A stretch of 64,000 nucleotides of DNA from Candidatus Zhuqueibacterota bacterium (GCA_049322915.1 JBMOPW010000026.1:1-64000), one strand, 5' to 3'; shown: positions 39,750 to 50,526, counted from the first letter of the stretch. Notes: generated from the letters alone by a model not told the origin. A program made the numbers and translations.

Positions 39750-40612
39750 ATTTCCCTCCTTAATGACATTTCAATATCGTTGTACAATGATTCGGTCAAA
39801 ACCACCTGCTGGTTCGTCCAGAATTTGAACGACTCGAAGCCCTGGAAGATGAGCATGCCCAATCCATTGGTATGCTGAATGTTCCTGCGCTTTGCCTGTT
39901 GCAGCAAGGGCGTCTCACAGGGTCTGTAGATCAAATCATAAATGAACATATCGTTCGACAGCGCCTCGTCGTCCGAAAGGATGGCAGACGCCGGCTGATG
40001 CGCCATGCCCACTGTGGTGGAGTTTATCACTACCTGCGATATTTTCAGGGTTTCTCCAATGGCCTCCGGCTCGAACGGTACAATGTCGATCGGGATGCCG
40101 CTCGCGTGCACCGACATGGCCGACGCCAACGCTTCAGCTTTTTCGCCTGTTCGATTGGCGATGGAAATGGCGCGGCATTTCTCTCTGATTAATGCGAACA
40201 GCACCGCACGGGCGGCGCCGCCGGCGCCGAACAGCAAGACATTTTTCCCGGCCAGTGAAATACCCCAATGCCGCAAACTCGCCTGAAATCCGATCGCATC
40301 GGTATTGTGTCCGATGACAGCGTCGTCGCCGAACGCGATGGTATTGACGCTGCCGATCAATTCGGCTTCAGCGGTCAATGTGTCCATGAACGGGAGGACG
40401 TCGTTTTTCAGCGGGGCGGTGACATTCACCCCGGTAATGCCGCTTTTTCGAAATGAAGCTAACGCCCCGGCGAGCTCATCCGGTTTCACCTGCTGCGCCC
40501 GATATTCACCGTCAATGCCGAATCGCCGGAAAAACATCGCGTGCAAATGCGGTGACAACGAGTGGCTGATGGGATTGCCGATGACAAGGCAGGTGTAACG
40601 CGACCTATTCAT
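39737..40612 (-). CDS. aroE: Shikimate dehydrogenase
   Basis: HSLSP, NVTAPLK, NTD, GAGGAA, DLIY, GLGML; start at ATG 40612 overlaps the aroA stop. Confidence 0.95.
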   Translation of the reverse strand: MNRSRYTCLVIGNPISHSLSPHLHAMFFRRFGIDGEYRAQQVKPDELAGALASFRKSGITGVNVTAPLKNDVLPFMDTLTAEAELIGSVNTIAFGDDAVIGHNTDAIGFQASLRHWGISLAGKNVLLFGAGGAARAVLFALIREKCRAISIANRTGEKAEALASAMSVHASGIPIDIVPFEPEAIGETLKISQVVINSTTVGMAHQPASAILSDDEALSNDMFIYDLIYRPCETPLLQQAKRRNIQHTNGLGMLIFQGFESFKFWTNQQVVLTESLYNDIEMSLRREICQE

Positions 40613-41888
40613 CCACAACCTCTTCCAGCGTCGTGTAAAAATTGGGCATGGAAATACCAACGCAGTCCGGGTTGAGAATCGTCGTCTGGCCCCGGGCTAT
40701 CAGCCCGGCCACCGAAAAAGCCATGGCAATGCGGTGATCGTGAAAACTGTCCACCTCCGCGCCTTTGAATTGCTGCGGTCCTTCGATGATGAAACCGTCG
40801 TCTTTTTCCTCGATGAGAATTCCCATCTTCAGTAAATTTTGAGTGATCGCCTTCAATCGATCCGATTCTTTCACGCGAAGCTCTCCAGCGCCGGATAACG
40901 TGGTCATGCCTTCTGCGCGGGCGGCAATCACCGCGAGGATGGGAATCTCGTCGATCAGCGATGGCACCAGATTCGCCTCAATAGTCGTTCCGACAAGCCG
41001 GGATGAAAAAATTTCAATATCGCCCATGGGTTCGGACGATGGAAATGAAGACGGATGGATGATGATTCTGGCGCCCATCCGACCCAACACGTCCAGTAAT
41101 CCTGTGCGCGTCGGATTGAGACCGATGTTTTTCAGTAGCAACGATGCATTGGAAACGAGCAATGCCGCGCCAATGAAGAAAGCGGCAGAGGAAAAATCGC
41201 CCGGCACCAGAATATCGCAGCCGTGCAGCGTGGCCGGCCCGTGGATTGAAATGCCCGAAGCATCGGAATCGACCGTCACCCCGAAATCGTGAAGCAGACG
41301 TTCGGTGTGATCCCGCGACAGCGTGGGTTCGCTGACGGTCGTTGTGCCTTCTGTGAAAAGACCAGCCAATAAAATGCACGATTTCACCTGGGCGCTGGCG
41401 ACCGGGCTGGTAAAGGCAATGGGATTCAGCCGCTGGCCGTGAATGGTCAGCGGGGCAAATCCACCCGGCTGGCTGACGATCTGCGCGCCCATTTGAGTCA
41501 GAGGCTGAATGATGCGGTTCATCGGGCGCTTGCTGAGCGAGGCATCGCCGATGAGCGTGGATGTGAATGGCTGGGCAGCCAGAATGCCGGAAATCAGCCG
41601 GATCGTCGTGCCGGAATTCCCGCAGTCGAGCTCGCGTGGCGATGCGGACAGTCCTGTCAATCCCTTTCCCGCCACGGTGATGACGCTGTTCTCCTCGGTG
41701 ATATCGATCCCGAGCTGTTGCAGGCAACTTCGGGTGCTGGCAACATCCGCCGAAGAGGACAGATTGGAGATGGTGGTGTTCCCCCGGGCAATGGCGCCGA
41801 ACATGATCGCGCGATGCGAGATGGATTTGTCGCCCGGCACAGAGATGTCGCCATGAATGGATTTCGCTGGCTGGATAATTTTATTCAC
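40605..41888 (-). CDS. aroA: 3-phosphoshikimate 1-carboxyvinyltransferase (EPSP synthase)
   Basis: PGDKSISHR, CGNSGTT, SAQVKS, RDHTER, RVKESDR, DHRIAM; GTG start 41888 or ATG 41906. Confidence 0.97.
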   Translation of the reverse strand: MNKIIQPAKSIHGDISVPGDKSISHRAIMFGAIARGNTTISNLSSSADVASTRSCLQQLGIDITEENSVITVAGKGLTGLSASPRELDCGNSGTTIRLISGILAAQPFTSTLIGDASLSKRPMNRIIQPLTQMGAQIVSQPGGFAPLTIHGQRLNPIAFTSPVASAQVKSCILLAGLFTEGTTTVSEPTLSRDHTERLLHDFGVTVDSDASGISIHGPATLHGCDILVPGDFSSAAFFIGAALLVSNASLLLKNIGLNPTRTGLLDVLGRMGARIIIHPSSFPSSEPMGDIEIFSSRLVGTTIEANLVPSLIDEIPILAVIAARAEGMTTLSGAGELRVKESDRLKAITQNLLKMGILIEEKDDGFIIEGPQQFKGAEVDSFHDHRIAMAFSVAGLIARGQTTILNPDCVGISMPNFYTTLEEVVDE

Positions 41889-42002
41889 ATGGATCTCCCG
41901 ATGCATTTGAACATTTTGAGTGAATCAAAACCGGCGTTGCGGTATTAGTATCTAACAAATAATTTTCTGACCTTTTTGGGCAGAAAATTTTATACTTTTT
42001 TT

Positions 42003-42353
42003 GTAACTGCGCAGCCACCAAGTCTCAAAGGCGCGAAGAAAAAAATACATCTAACCTGAATCATTCATGAACTTGCTCAGAATTTGAGTCAACATTCAGA
42101 TTTTCAATTAGCTAAAGGCTAAGCTATTTTGAAACTCAGTTTTTATACGTTTATTCTAAAAAGAGCACCATTCAGGTTAGCCAGCCTCCTTTAAAAATAC
42201 TATGAATAATGCAGGCTGAATTATCGATTCAGAAATACTGAACGTGGTATTAAAAAAATTGAATCTCACAAAATATGAATTAATAAAATGACATCTTCGT
42301 GCAACGTTGTGGCTTCGTGATTTCGCGGCGAGACGACATGCCTGAATAGCGAC
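42003..42353. mobile_element. MITE-like element family B, complete copy (about 350 bp)
   Basis: Ends gtaactgcgcag... / ...ctgaatagcgac are imperfect inverted repeats; left end matches 63754-63795, right end matches 161-225. Confidence 0.65.
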
Positions 42354-42366
42354 GAAAATTCTATTT

Positions 42367-42410
42367 AGCCCTGAACCGGGAACTTTTAAACCTGGAACCT
42401 GAGTAGTTAC
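42367..42410. repeat. GAACC-type element end, inverted copy of 38343-38383
   Basis: tagccctgaaccgggaacttttaaacctggaacctgagtagttac. Confidence 0.65.
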
Positions 42411-42419
42411 CTTTTTTTA

Positions 42420-42568
42420 ATAGAACACGGATAATCCATCAAAGAAGCGGCTGACGTACCGCACTGATGACACCGATTTACTCCTATAAAGAATCCGTGA
42501 AGATCAGCATCATCCGCGTCATCAGCGTTCTATTTCTTTTTTGGTTCCCGGCTCGTCCTGGTTGGGAA
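42420..42568. repeat. REP-like repeat family C, degenerate copy 3
   Basis: tagaacacggat ... atccgcgtcatcagcgttcta inverted ends; tail similar to 29566-29619. Confidence 0.55.
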
Positions 42569-42737
42569 TTCGATGAAGATCAAGCAGCAACTTGAACAGG
42601 CTCGTCAGACCCGGGCCTTCGCTAATGACAGACAGTATCTCTGGCCGTTATGAGCCCGTGTCCACGATAAAAATAAAGGCGCTTCAACTGCGCCGTGAAA
42701 CGGACAGCGTCCCGGTCGAAGCGCCTGAATCGCTTTG

Positions 42738-43313
42738 CTATAATTTTCTGCTTTCAAACCATTGCAGCGCGATGATGGTTTTGGCGTCAACGATTTCGCC
42801 CTGATGCAGCATGTCGTACACTTTCTCCCGCGGCAGTTTCACGACGGCAATATTTTCGTCTTCTCCAACGGCGCCGCCGCCCCGGGCAATCTGGTCCTTT
42901 TCTTCTACTTCGGCATAAAACAGATAAATGATTTCGTTGCTGCCGCCCGGCGTTGGGTAAAAATAAAACAGCGACTTCACACTGGATGGCTGGTAACCAG
43001 TCTCTTCCATTATCTCCCTGCGGATAGCATCTTCAGGAGAACCATCGTCATCAATCATGCCAGCGACGACCTCCAGGGACCAAGCCAGGTTTTCATCCCG
43101 CGTATAAATCGGGTAGCGGAATTGTCTGACCAGGATAATGGTATCATTTTCAGGATTGTAAAGAAGCGCCGCGCACGCCTCGCCGCGAAGCAAATTCAAT
43201 CGGACAATATCTTCGCTCATCGTGCCATCGAATTTTTCGTGCTGCAGGATGGCGCGATCAACCTTGAAAAAGTCATCCAGTATTCTATGCTTCTGTTTTA
43301 GGTGTACTTTCAT
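42738..43313 (-). CDS. Nudix hydrolase (ADP-ribose / NDP-sugar pyrophosphatase, NudF/NudK-like)
   Basis: Nudix box GMIDDDGSPEDAIRREIMEETG; RQFRYP, TPGG, DAKTIIALQ. Confidence 0.93.
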   Translation of the reverse strand: MKVHLKQKHRILDDFFKVDRAILQHEKFDGTMSEDIVRLNLLRGEACAALLYNPENDTIILVRQFRYPIYTRDENLAWSLEVVAGMIDDDGSPEDAIRREIMEETGYQPSSVKSLFYFYPTPGGSNEIIYLFYAEVEEKDQIARGGGAVGEDENIAVVKLPREKVYDMLHQGEIVDAKTIIALQWFESRKL

Positions 43314-43314
43314 T

Positions 43315-44145
43315 TCATCGAATGGGTTGATAATCTAAAAACAGTGAATAGCTGAACATTTGAAACAAGAAATGGTAAATGGCAATCAGGAACGTGAATA
43401 CGCTCAGACTGGTCGTCTGCCCTGAGGTATGCAAAAGCCAACTGGCGAAAAAGATGACCGTGGCTGAAACAAAGCTGATGAGCATCGCTGAATAGTAGAA
43501 CACATTGCTCTTCTTGCCTGGCTTGGGCAGGCTTTTACTGTCCCACAAAAATGCAGAGCGGGCGAGGTCATCCGGGACGCGACCGTTGACGACGTAAAAT
43601 TCTTTGATCTGGTTCATCGCGGCGGCGCTGCTGCACCAGGCCTGTCGCAGCCGGACGATGTGCATGAAATAAATCCAGCCGATGACATTGATTACGATGG
43701 CCAATACCGTTACAATCCCGACAGAAACAGCGCCGGGGGCAGTCCCCTCCAATTTAAAAAACTGGCTGCTAATGATTGTAAAAATGCCGCCGGCGATGAG
43801 CAGAAAGTAGTTCACCATCGTGTGGCGGTCGTCCATGGCCTGTTTGGCCGTTTCTCTGATGTATTCGAATTCCTGGATCAAAATATCGGTGAGTAAAAAT
43901 GAATTCTCCTGCAGCCGTGGATTCTTCAGTTTTTTAATATAGAGCACCCGGTTGGACGTGGAGTCCTTGAAAGTGAAAAAGGTGATAATGATGACGGCCT
44001 GGATAAATACGAGATAAATCACCAATGACTGCTGATGCATATCTTTTTTAAAATAGAATGCCGTAAAAGCGAAAATGATGCTTACTGCGACGGTGGTCGC
44101 AATAAAGATGGCACGTTTTAATGTGCTGTTCAGCGTAAAAAACAT
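43315..44145 (-). CDS. Hypothetical 6-TM membrane protein
   Basis: 276 aa; AGGAG RBS; six hydrophobic segments; stop 1 nt before the Nudix start. Confidence 0.82.
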   Translation of the reverse strand: MFFTLNSTLKRAIFIATTVAVSIIFAFTAFYFKKDMHQQSLVIYLVFIQAVIIITFFTFKDSTSNRVLYIKKLKNPRLQENSFLLTDILIQEFEYIRETAKQAMDDRHTMVNYFLLIAGGIFTIISSQFFKLEGTAPGAVSVGIVTVLAIVINVIGWIYFMHIVRLRQAWCSSAAAMNQIKEFYVVNGRVPDDLARSAFLWDSKSLPKPGKKSNVFYYSAMLISFVSATVIFFASWLLHTSGQTTSLSVFTFLIAIYHFLFQMFSYSLFLDYQPIR

Positions 44146-44437
44146 AATGCACTCCTTGAGTTATTGAATTTGGAATAGAAAAAGTTGTAATGGCTGTTCC
44201 AGAAATCGAACAGATGAAATATCTGTGAGAGGATGAGTGCCATTGAACAGAGTTATTGTGACGACAAAAGATGAAATCTGATTCGGAATTAACCTCCTTT
44301 CTCGACTAATGTTAATTTCTTCGTTGGCAGCAGGGACGAATCAGCAGAGCGACGGGATCGGTCTGGCATGGACCCATCAAAGCAGGGATGCGGCATAATT
44401 TCGGAACCGCTCCCCAATCAGACGCCGGTTGCGGTTA

Positions 44438-46129
44438 TCAGCGACCCTGGCGAACCACAAATTGGTCGACGAAATAGGTCGCTGACAGGTTTTCGCCGGT
44501 GGCTCGCTTGATCAATTCATTCCAGGGATAGGTCGAACCCGGGACGAAGATTTTCTCCTTCAAATACTCGCCCACTCGCTGTTCGCGGACGAATGAGACG
44601 CCGGCGTCCGCATCTTGCTCCAGAACATGTTTCACGATGAACCCATGGAGTTGAGAAGCCAATAATTCGCCCAGCATGTAGTTGTGATAATACACGGGCG
44701 ATGATGAGAGATGAATTTTTGCTGCCCAGTCCGGCGCAGACCGCCCTTCCGGTTTTTTGATGAACTGGTACTTCTCCTGCAAGGACCACCATAGCGCGTT
44801 CAGGTCCTGGTCCGGGTTGGCATACAGTTCCTGTTCAAATCGGAACATCACCTGGCACCAGCGGGCAAAGACCATTTGTTTCAACCGCAGTGTTTTTTGA
44901 ACCCGCCCATGAATTTCATCGCGCTGGCCATCGCTAAGGTTCACCATCTCCTGCAGCCAGAATGCATTGCGGGACAGTCGCCCGAAAAACATGGCAATGG
45001 CCTCGGTCGTGAAAATGTGGGCCGGCTCGCGCAGCAGAAACGGCAGATCCGGGCTGAGGTTCGCGTCGTAAACCGCATGCCCCAGTTCGTGAAGCATGGT
45101 TTCCATCCACGATTCGTCATTCTTCAGATTGGCCAAAATTCTCACATCCTTGTCGCGATCGATGCTGATGCAGAAGGCATGAGGATTCTTTCCCCGTTTT
45201 TCGTAAAGATCGCTCCGGGCCAGAATGTCATCGACCGGCAGGTTGATTCCGCTGTAAAAATTCCGGGCCAACTGCTTCACGTCCGAGCGCTCAAAATATT
45301 TGTCCAGATCGACGTCGTACACCATGGGGCCTTCCTGGAAAAATGGATCGTGATAATGCCAGGGCATCAAATTCTCAGCCGCGACTCCGTATCTCCGGGC
45401 CAGCGTGTCGTCCAGTTCGTGCTTCAATGCGCGAAAGGGTTCATCAGTCAACTCGGCAAGCTCATTGAAAATGGCATTCAACTCGCTCAGATTTTGCTCG
45501 GACAGCGTGAGCGACATCAGATAGAAATTTTCGAAACCGAGTTTCACCGCAGCCTGATTGCGGAGCTTCACCAATTCAATGATATCGTCAGCAACCTGCT
45601 GTCCCACCTGCTTGCTGGCAAGCCAGGCTTCGCGACGTTTTTCGGTGTCAGTTTCTTTCCTCAAAATTTCTTTAATTTCATTGTCTGTCACCTCGCGCTG
45701 GCCGATCTTCGCCCGATACACATTGAATTTGTTCTCGACAGCCGTGCTTTTTTCAACGATCTGCCTGAGCAGCTCAGGTTCAATCTGATTACTCAAATAG
45801 CCGTTGTAAAGCAGGTCCAACTGACGTTTCAACATCGGCTCCATGAGCTGACCGGAATTCTTCAAATCGGACAGATAGTTGAAATCATCTTTATTCGAAT
45901 AAATCGTCCGCAGCTTCAGTTCAACTTCAGCATAGGCATCAAAATCTTCCTTGCTGCCAGTCAATGATGCATTCCAATAATGCAGCGCCATTTCTTTCAT
46001 CAAAGGCTGAATGGCTGCCACGTGATTTTCTACAAACGTTTTGAATTGTGTTTCCATCGCATTCTCCCCACAGCCTGTCCACCAAAGTAATGATAGGAAA
46101 AGTAATACGTGTGCTTGTCGGCCCCGCAT
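44438..46129 (-). CDS. M3/M2-family metallopeptidase lipoprotein
   Basis: HELGH zincin motif, FTTEAIA, HLSSSPVYYHNY; lipobox WTGC; GAGGA RBS before 46129. Confidence 0.9.
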   Translation of the reverse strand: MRGRQAHVLLFLSLLWWTGCGENAMETQFKTFVENHVAAIQPLMKEMALHYWNASLTGSKEDFDAYAEVELKLRTIYSNKDDFNYLSDLKNSGQLMEPMLKRQLDLLYNGYLSNQIEPELLRQIVEKSTAVENKFNVYRAKIGQREVTDNEIKEILRKETDTEKRREAWLASKQVGQQVADDIIELVKLRNQAAVKLGFENFYLMSLTLSEQNLSELNAIFNELAELTDEPFRALKHELDDTLARRYGVAAENLMPWHYHDPFFQEGPMVYDVDLDKYFERSDVKQLARNFYSGINLPVDDILARSDLYEKRGKNPHAFCISIDRDKDVRILANLKNDESWMETMLHELGHAVYDANLSPDLPFLLREPAHIFTTEAIAMFFGRLSRNAFWLQEMVNLSDGQRDEIHGRVQKTLRLKQMVFARWCQVMFRFEQELYANPDQDLNALWWSLQEKYQFIKKPEGRSAPDWAAKIHLSSSPVYYHNYMLGELLASQLHGFIVKHVLEQDADAGVSFVREQRVGEYLKEKIFVPGSTYPWNELIKRATGENLSATYFVDQFVVRQGR

Positions 46130-46382
46130 GAACATTCCTCGAAGATTTCGGTTTCGTTTAACAGTCGTTTCGAAAATAATACAAAATTATATTTACAATT
46201 TCAAGTATTATTTAGACTTTCAGGACATTAAACATGCATATTTTTTGTTCGTCATGGCGGAAATTCAGGAATCCATGATGGCGCTGGATGGATGACCTAT
46301 CTTTTTTGTCCCGGAAGGTTTTATCCGACAGATTGAACCGGGCTGGCGCGATTTTTTCCTGAACAAAACCGGCAAAAAAACG

Positions 46383-46411
46383 TTGACATTTATAACTGCG
46401 TTTGCTATAAT
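46383..46411 (+). promoter_or_regulatory. Consensus sigma-70 promoter
   Basis: Exact TTGACA-N17-TATAAT. Confidence 0.75.
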
Positions 46412-46714
46412 TGGATCGACAGGTGATCTCTGAGGCCGGGCGAAATCGATGAAAATCGAAAAGACAAAAAATACATGCTTTATCCTGATCCTTGTATCAT
46501 GGTTGACCGCGAGAATGTGGTGGGCTTTGGAGTTTTCGCGACTGGCATTTTGCCGAACCTATCCCAGGAAATCCGTTGTGTACAAAATACAATCCCATCG
46601 GCTCGACGTGAGCTACTGGAATTATGAGAAAGACAGATTGAGTGTACTGAATTATGACTCGAAGAACAACACCTGTGTGATTTATAAATTCACTGAGACG
46701 CATTTCAATTAGAC

Positions 46715-47593
46715 ATGGAATTCAACATGGCCCCAGCGAAAACGAAGCATGCGATTGTTTGCCCCAATTGCGGGAAGTTAATCAGCGCGGATGCGGAAGA
46801 ATGTATTCATTGCGGAATTAAAAATCCCGGTCGGCCGGGGTTGTTCACCTTTGCGCAGAAAATTTTCAGCCGGTCTCTTGATTTTGTCGACATCATCACG
46901 TACTTCTGCGTCGGGCTGTATGTCATCGCCCTGCTCATCGATCTCCCGGGTGCGTTGAGTCCGCGGGGCGGAATTTTGAACTTTTTGTCGCCAAGTTCGA
47001 AAAGCCTGATCATCCTCGGCATGACAGGGAAGTGGTTCATGGAACTGGGCCGGTATTGGACGCTCATCACCGCTATTTACCTGCATGGCGGCGTGTTGCA
47101 CATTTTGTTTAACATGCTCTGGATTCGCCAATTGGGTCCCATGGTTGAGGACATTTTTGGAACGTCGCGGTTTATTCTCATTTTCACGATTTCTGGTGTG
47201 GCCGGATTCATCCTGTCCACTGCCTTTTTGAGCAATCCAACAATTGGCGCGTCCGGCTCGATCTTTGGATTGTTGGGCGCCCTAATCTATTATGGGCGCG
47301 CGCGAGGGGGTGTGTTCGGACAGATTGTTTACCCGCAGCTATTGAACTGGGCTGTGGTGATGTTCCTGTTCGGATTCTTCTTCCCGGCCGTCAATAATCT
47401 GGCCCATTTGGGTGGATTCATCGGCGGCTATGCAGCGGGACATATTTTAAGCTATCAGGAGCGTAGCTGGGAGAATTCAAACCATAAACGGTTAGCCACG
47501 ATTGCCATTGGGCTCACCGTTCTCGCCTTTGTCATAGTCATTATCACTATTCCCAGATCGCTGGATCTGTACTATCGATATGTCAGCCATTAG
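46715..47593 (+). CDS. Rhomboid intramembrane serine protease with N-terminal zinc ribbon
   Basis: CPNC..CIHC; HILFNM, GASG, AHLGG. Confidence 0.94.
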   Translation: MEFNMAPAKTKHAIVCPNCGKLISADAEECIHCGIKNPGRPGLFTFAQKIFSRSLDFVDIITYFCVGLYVIALLIDLPGALSPRGGILNFLSPSSKSLIILGMTGKWFMELGRYWTLITAIYLHGGVLHILFNMLWIRQLGPMVEDIFGTSRFILIFTISGVAGFILSTAFLSNPTIGASGSIFGLLGALIYYGRARGGVFGQIVYPQLLNWAVVMFLFGFFFPAVNNLAHLGGFIGGYAAGHILSYQERSWENSNHKRLATIAIGLTVLAFVIVIITIPRSLDLYYRYVSH

Positions 47594-47905
47594 GACCGAG
47601 GTTGTAACGTCCCTGGCGCCGAGCAATCACAAATAGACAGGGATGTGAGGAAAATGTATTTCTGAGTTACCGGAAGTGATCCAGCTTGGGTATGCCTGAT
47701 TTCGTTGGCGATACAACCTGTCTGGTTGCAGTCCGTTCAATGCTGATTGATGCGCATGGAGTAGTTTTAACCGAACAAATGTTTTGTTTGACCGGACAGT
47801 TGTTTGGTTTTCACAAGGACCGTTGTCTGTGATTTGTATCGCCTGATATTTCATGGAACGCTATCAAGTCGTTCGCTATTCAAATCATAATAGCAGATTT
47901 TTGTA

Positions 47906-48994
47906 ATGAAAGCTACAATTCAACGTCGTCTTGCCGGGAATGTTAATGCAGGTTTTTTGATCAACCTCGCATTTCTTCTCACCATTCATTCTTATGCGTC
48001 GGCTCAAACCACCATTGCCTTTGCCGGGGTCGATACGCTGGTGGATAAAGCGCTGAACCTGGTTTACGATCAAAAGTATGACGAGGCCATTGCTCTTTGC
48101 GAGCAGGTGATACAGAAATATCCGGAGAATCCCCTGGGCTATTTTGGCCACGCGGCTGTGTATCATCTTTACATGATGTCCTACCGGGTCAACATCTTCG
48201 ATGATAAATTTGATAGTCTCGCTGCGTTGACCATTGAAATCGGCGATCGCGCTGTTCTGAAAAATGTCAAAGATCCAAATGCTCATTTTGTGCTGGGGGC
48301 GACCTATGGGTTTCGCGGATTGAACCGCATTCGCAAGGGGCAATGGTTCAAAGCGTTTCTGGATGGCGTCAAAGGGGTTTCCAATATCAAGCAGGCGCAC
48401 AGTCTGGATGAATCGCTGTGGGATACATATTTTGGTCTTGGCCTCTATTATTATTGGAAAAGCTCCAAAGCCCGTGTGCTGACCTTCCTTCGGATGATGA
48501 AAGACGAGCGCGAGAAAGGGATCGAGTATTTGAAAATTGCCGGTGAGAAAGGCCGCTTCACGGCATTGGAGAGTAAAATTTCACTGGTGGAAATATTTTA
48601 TTATGAGGACAGGTACGAAGAAGCGCTGGCCGAATGCTTTTCGATTCAACACCGATTCAGGGATGACCCCACCTGGAATTATATCACTGCGAAAACCTTG
48701 ACGAAATTAGGTCGCTACAGCGAAGCGAAACAATATTTTGCTCACCTCATTCAACTGCTGGAGAAAGCGGAGCACCAGAGCAACAGCTATTTGGGCGAAT
48801 GCTTTTTTGGCCTGGCGAAATGCTATTTCGAGCTGAAGCAGTACGACCAGGCAAAGGAGTTTCTGGTGTCCGCGAAAAAACTGGTCAGCCTGAAGGACAC
48901 AGAGCGCGAGATTGAAGGCCCTCTGTTGGATTACGATCTGGTCATAAAACGTATGGATGAGCTTGAAATCGAGCTTTCCCTGATCAACGGTTGA
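47906..48994 (+). CDS. Exported TPR protein
   Basis: Signal peptide ending ASA; helical TPR-like repeats. Confidence 0.82.
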   Translation: MKATIQRRLAGNVNAGFLINLAFLLTIHSYASAQTTIAFAGVDTLVDKALNLVYDQKYDEAIALCEQVIQKYPENPLGYFGHAAVYHLYMMSYRVNIFDDKFDSLAALTIEIGDRAVLKNVKDPNAHFVLGATYGFRGLNRIRKGQWFKAFLDGVKGVSNIKQAHSLDESLWDTYFGLGLYYYWKSSKARVLTFLRMMKDEREKGIEYLKIAGEKGRFTALESKISLVEIFYYEDRYEEALAECFSIQHRFRDDPTWNYITAKTLTKLGRYSEAKQYFAHLIQLLEKAEHQSNSYLGECFFGLAKCYFELKQYDQAKEFLVSAKKLVSLKDTEREIEGPLLDYDLVIKRMDELEIELSLING

Positions 48995-49053
48995 GATGAG
49001 CCATCTGATTCAGGAAGTGATTCGAATAGGATCTAAACCCATGAGAATAAAAT

Positions 49054-49542
49054 ATGAATGATGCTCAACAAAGTCCTTACGTGGATTTTTATGAGTCTCC
49101 GATAGGGCTTTTTGAAATATGCGCCACAGAAACCGCCATCACCCATGTCCTGTTTGTCGAGACGTCAGATAAGAGAGAAATCAAGTCATCTGCGTTGGTC
49201 AAAAAGTGTCGGGATCAGTTGGCCGAGTATTTTCAAGGGAATCGTCGGACCTTTGATCTGCCATTAGCGCCACGCGGAACAGCGTTTCAAAAATCGGTCT
49301 GGAGCGAATTGAGTAAAATTCCCTTTGGCGCAACGACGTCCTATCTGGAAATTGGCAAGAGAATTGGCAACACCAGAGCTGTTCGCGCCATTGGCGGCGC
49401 AAACGGGAAAAACCCAATCAACGTCATTGTGCCATGCCACAGGGTTATTGGCGCCAATGGCACGTTAGTGGGATACGGCGGCGGGTTGTGGCGGAAGCAA
49501 TGGCTGTTGAATCATGAGAAGTCAACAGACTGTGCGCGCTAG
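49054..49542 (+). CDS. ogt: Methylated-DNA--protein-cysteine S-methyltransferase
   Basis: GTAFQKSVW, RAIG.ANG.NP, PCHRV active site. Confidence 0.96.
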   Translation: MNDAQQSPYVDFYESPIGLFEICATETAITHVLFVETSDKREIKSSALVKKCRDQLAEYFQGNRRTFDLPLAPRGTAFQKSVWSELSKIPFGATTSYLEIGKRIGNTRAVRAIGGANGKNPINVIVPCHRVIGANGTLVGYGGGLWRKQWLLNHEKSTDCAR

Positions 49543-49726
49543 TCTGAGCGACCTGCCATTGCAGCTTGATGTGTCAACGCGAAAATACTCTCGGAGCCTG
49601 AGTGATCTTCCCGCTCCGAACGATTGCGGACATGCAAGAGGCTGGGCGCTGCATCCGGATTGAGGAAATTCGATTGACAGAACGATTCAAACGCATTAAC
49701 CAACTGAATAACTGAGGAGAACGAAC

Positions 49727-50518
49727 ATGCAAAGTCACAAAGTGGATTACGAAATTTTTGGCGACGATATGCAGGTTGTGGAAGTTGAATTGGATCATGG
49801 CGAAACGGTCATTGCCGAGGCCGGCGCGATGAACTGGCTGGATGAGGGCATTGTCTTTGAAGCGCGCATGGGCGATGGTTCCAAGCCAGAACAGGGATTA
49901 TTGGACAAAGTGATGGGCGCTGCCATGCGCAAGTTGACCGGCGAATCGATTTTCATGACCCATTTCACCAATCAAAGTAACGCGAAAAGCCGGGTGGCGT
50001 TTGCAGCGCCGTACCCGGGCAAAATCATTCCCATCGATTTGTCGACGGTCAGCGGTGATCTGCTCTGCCAGAAAGATGCATTTCTGTGCGCAGCCCTGGG
50101 GACAGAGGTCAGCATTGCGCTCACGAAACGATTCGGCACAGGATTGTTCGGCGGCGAAGGTTTCATTTTGCAGCGACTGCGAGGCGATGGAATGGTATTT
50201 GTGCACGCCTGTGGCACCATCATAAAACGCGAATTACACGGCGAAACGCTGCGGCTGGATACCGGCTGTCTCGTCGCCTTCACCAACGGCATTGATTACG
50301 ACATTCAGCGGGCCGGCGGTTTGAAGTCCATGTTCTTCGGTGGCGAAGGTCTGTTTTTGGCTACGCTTCGAGGCACTGGTGTGGCTTGGCTGCAAAGTCT
50401 TCCGTTCTCCCGGCTCGCGGATCGGATTCTGCGAAGCGCGCCATCCGCCGGCGGCCGACGATCTGAAGAAGGCTCCGTTCTGGGCGGATTGGGCAGTTTT
50501 CTCGGCGGCGATAGATAA
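49727..50518 (+). CDS. TIGR00266 / AIM24 family protein
   Basis: [35 protein letters not shown]. Confidence 0.92.
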   Translation: MQSHKVDYEIFGDDMQVVEVELDHGETVIAEAGAMNWLDEGIVFEARMGDGSKPEQGLLDKVMGAAMRKLTGESIFMTHFTNQSNAKSRVAFAAPYPGKIIPIDLSTVSGDLLCQKDAFLCAALGTEVSIALTKRFGTGLFGGEGFILQRLRGDGMVFVHACGTIIKRELHGETLRLDTGCLVAFTNGIDYDIQRAGGLKSMFFGGEGLFLATLRGTGVAWLQSLPFSRLADRILRSAPSAGGRRSEEGSVLGGLGSFLGGDR

Positions 50519-50526
50519 AATTGATG

